From assembly GCA_963707935.1 (NCBI GenBank), contig CAVPRN010000002.1:176542-240541 (forward strand): a stretch of 64,000 nt of DNA. The letters are read 5' to 3'. The position numbers and the translations under genes are program-made. The notes beneath the pieces are model-generated. The model had not been told where the DNA came from. It was given only the letters and a program-made list of their open reading frames with translations, and ran no database searches. Of this stretch, positions 61,920 to 64,000 are shown one piece after another (positions within the stretch are counted from its first letter, which is position 1; each line of letters begins with the position of its first letter). The DNA is from an uncultured Acidobacteriota bacterium (GTDB lineage: Bacteria; Acidobacteriota; Thermoanaerobaculia; UBA5066; Gp7-AA6).

Positions 61920-62848
61920 GCCGGGGGTCTCTTGCGCGACGAAAGGTACTCGACGAGCGGATCGCGGAAGTGCCGGATCACGCGACCCGTCGTCCGCTCG
62001 TACTTCCCCGTATCGAGCACGGAGTACGCGGGGCGCCGGGCGGGGCGCCCGAGAGAGGCGGAATCGATCGGCACGATCTCGACGCGCGGATCCCCCGCGA
62101 TCGTCACGATCTCCCGCGCAAGCTCGAACCAGGACACCTCGCCCCGGTTGGCGAAGTGGAAGGTCCCCGCGGCGCCGTGCTCGAGCAACGCGAGCACCGC
62201 GGCGGACAGGTCCGTCGTCGCCGTCGGGCGGCCGCGCTGATCGTCCACGACGGTCAGCGTGCGGCGGCCTTCCGCGACCTGCTTCAGGATCGCTTCGACG
62301 AAGTTCCACCCGGCGATCCCGAAGAGCCAGGACGCCCGCACGACGAGGCCGCTGGCCGCGCTCAAGACCGCCTCTTCACCCGCGAGCTTCGACCGGCCGT
62401 AGGCGGAGAGCGGAGCGGGAGGGTCCTCTTCCAGGTAGGGAGCCGTCTTCGTCCCGTCGAAGACGAAGTCGGTCGAGATCTGCACGAGGCGCGCCGCGCG
62501 CGGCCGACAGGCGGCCGCGAGGATCTCGACCCCCCGGGCGTTCACCGCGAAGGCGCGCGGGTCCGTCTCCGAGGCGTCCACTTTCGTGAAGGCCGCGCAA
62601 TTCACGACGATCTCCGGCCGCGTGTCGCGGAACGCGCTCGCGACCTCCTCCGGACGCGTGATGTCGAGCTCCGACTTCGGGCGCGCGAACACCTCGTAGC
62701 CGGCGCCGACGAGCGCCGGCACGAGGTCGGCTCCGAGCATCCCCGAAGCGCCGGTCACGAGGACGCGCTGCTTCGGGCGAAGCGAAGGCCGGGGCGCGGC
62801 GATGACCTCGGGCAGCGACTCGAGGGGAGCGACCGCCGTGTCGCTCAA
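61916..62848 (-). CDS. rfbD: dTDP-4-dehydrorhamnose reductase
   Basis: VLVTGASGMLG, NCAAFTKVD, YGRSKLAGE. N-terminal start uncertain (TTG 62848 proposed). Confidence 0.8.
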   Translation of the reverse strand: MSDTAVAPLESLPEVIAAPRPSLRPKQRVLVTGASGMLGADLVPALVGAGYEVFARPKSELDITRPEEVASAFRDTRPEIVVNCAAFTKVDASETDPRAFAVNARGVEILAAACRPRAARLVQISTDFVFDGTKTAPYLEEDPPAPLSAYGRSKLAGEEAVLSAASGLVVRASWLFGIAGWNFVEAILKQVAEGRRTLTVVDDQRGRPTATTDLSAAVLALLEHGAAGTFHFANRGEVSWFELAREIVTIAGDPRVEIVPIDSASLGRPARRPAYSVLDTGKYERTTGRVIRHFRDPLVEYLSSRKRPPA

Positions 62849-62925
62849 GAGTCCCGAGGGCGAGGGGTGAAGGGGGAGGCGGGAAAAGCGGCCCACTCGG
62901 GCTTTCCGGTTCCCTTCGCGAGTCC

Positions 62926-63969
62926 TTATCCGGCCGGTTTGGCGTGGGCGGTCGAAGTGGCCAGGCGCTCCGCGTACTGCGTCCGATAGAAGGCGCGGTA
63001 CGCGGCGTCCTTCTCCTTGACCGGCCGCCACCATTCCGGATGATCACGGTACCAGCGGATCGTCTTCGAGAGCCCTTCGGCCAGAGGGGTGCGCGGCGAG
63101 AAACCGAGGCGCGCGAGCTTCCCGGCGTCGAGCGAATAGCGGCGGTCGTGCCCGGGCCGGTCGTCCACGTAGCGGATGAGGCTCATGGGCTTCCCGAGCT
63201 CCGCGAGGACGCGGCGGGTGATCTCGATGTTCTCCACTTCGTTTCCGCCGGCGAGGTTGTAGGTCTCTCCGGGCACACCGCGGTCGAGCAGGAAGTCGAT
63301 CGCTTCGGCATGGTCCTCGACGTAGAGCCAGTCGCGCACGTTGCGGCCGTCGCCGTAGAGCGGGAGCGGCTCGTCGTCGAGCGCGTTGGTCACGAAGAGG
63401 GGAATCAGCTTCTCGGGGTACTGATAGGGGCCGTAGTTGTTCGAGGCCCGCGTGACGACGACCGGCATCCGGTAGGAGGCCCAGTACGAGAAGGCGAGCC
63501 GGTCGCCGCCGGCCTTCGAGGCCGCGTAGGGGTTGCGCGGCTTCAGAGCCGACTCTTCGGTGAAGGAGCCTTCGGCGATCGTCCCGTACACTTCGTCCGT
63601 CGAGATCTGGATGAACTTCTCGATGCCCCGGCGCCGCGCCTCCTCGAGCAGGACGAAGACGCCCCGCACGTCGGTCTCGATGAAGGAGGCGTCGCCGAGC
63701 AGCGAGCGGTCCACGTGCGTCTCCGCGGCGAAGTTGACGACGTGCGTGCACCCCTCCATCGCCGCGCCGACCGCGTCCGGATCCGCGATGTCCCCCTTCA
63801 CGAAGCGGTAGTTGGCGCGGCCCGACACGTCCGCCAGGCTCGCCGGGTTGGCGGCGTACGTCAGCTTGTCGAGATTGACGATCGACACCGAGTCGCCGCG
63901 GGCCGAGAGCACGCGGCGCACGAAGTTCGAGCCGATGAAGCCGCAGCCTCCGGTGACCAGGAGCTTCAC
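62926..63969 (-). CDS. rfbB: dTDP-glucose 4,6-dehydratase
   Basis: LVTGGCGFIGSNFV, YAASKAGGD. 347 aa. GTGA overlap with the upstream gene end. Confidence 0.9.
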   Translation of the reverse strand: MKLLVTGGCGFIGSNFVRRVLSARGDSVSIVNLDKLTYAANPASLADVSGRANYRFVKGDIADPDAVGAAMEGCTHVVNFAAETHVDRSLLGDASFIETDVRGVFVLLEEARRRGIEKFIQISTDEVYGTIAEGSFTEESALKPRNPYAASKAGGDRLAFSYWASYRMPVVVTRASNNYGPYQYPEKLIPLFVTNALDDEPLPLYGDGRNVRDWLYVEDHAEAIDFLLDRGVPGETYNLAGGNEVENIEITRRVLAELGKPMSLIRYVDDRPGHDRRYSLDAGKLARLGFSPRTPLAEGLSKTIRWYRDHPEWWRPVKEKDAAYRAFYRTQYAERLATSTAHAKPAG

Positions 63970-64000
63970 AGGATCCCGATCTCCGAGTTGTCGCCGATCA
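63970..64000 (-). CDS. 3' end of an upstream gene (..IGDNSEIGIL*), partial
   Basis: In-frame tail ending in TGA overlapping the rfbB GTG. Too short to classify. The hexapeptide-like tail suggests a sugar nucleotidyltransferase. Confidence 0.3.

Noticed and set aside
63044-63751. 235 aa minus-strand ORF
   Set aside because: Lies wholly inside rfbB in another frame. Arg-rich artefact.

Overview
The window is a 64 kb, very GC-rich (about 70%) bacterial chromosomal segment. The TonB-dependent receptor with a carboxypeptidase-regulatory-like N-domain and the split cytochrome b gene suggest an Acidobacteria-like organism; this is inference only. I call about 60 genes and see no transposase, integrase or CRISPR.

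Gene content, 5' to 3':
- 1-7.9 kb: a partial Ser/Thr kinase, a lipoprotein, a cupin protein, a remnant of an ECF-type sigma factor, a PEP-mutase/isocitrate-lyase family enzyme, an arylsulfotransferase-family protein and three membrane proteins.
- 8-16 kb: an S10 peptidase, a TAT-exported amidase, a thioredoxin reductase fused to a cyclic-nucleotide-binding domain, and a LytS/LytTR two-component pair.
- 17-31 kb: an aga/tagatose-type glycan utilisation locus. It holds a TonB-dependent receptor, a GH36-like alpha-galactosidase, a TAT-exported hypothetical protein, an amidohydrolase, a PfkB kinase, an AgaS-like SIS isomerase, a DeoR regulator, a DMT transporter, a LacD-type aldolase and a LacC-type kinase.
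- 31-41 kb: a GGDEF protein, then a trehalose cluster: an OtsA carrying an unusual N-terminal membrane and sensor-like extension, a GH15 enzyme, OtsB and a MarR/GbsR-like regulator. The cluster is interrupted by tRNA-Ala, an acyl-CoA-dehydrogenase-like gene and an orphan Rieske copy.
- 42-46 kb: HflX, a TlpA-like thioredoxin and a methyltransferase.
- 46.8-53.8 kb: a cytochrome bc-type operon reading ferredoxin, HEAT-repeat protein, Rieske, cytochrome b6, a subunit-IV-like gene, then a large multiheme cytochrome c.
- 54-64 kb: YyaL, an HDAC-like protein and an UbiA/DUF92/rfbD/rfbB operon.

Main observations:
- A roughly 170 nt structured intergenic element is present in three full or partial copies plus one inverted fragment. 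The copies show compensatory base changes in one stem.
- Many genes are broken by single-base frameshifts, concentrated at 30.7-38.3 kb and 42.8-45 kb. These look like sequencing or assembly indels rather than decay.
- Rieske genes are duplicated.
- A tRNA-Ala is followed by a duplicate of its 3' end.
- The window carries several peculiar repeats: a telomere-like G-quadruplex (G4) tract, a 7-mer palindromic array inside the bc operon, 48-bp GC-hairpin tandems and GATC-rich tandems.
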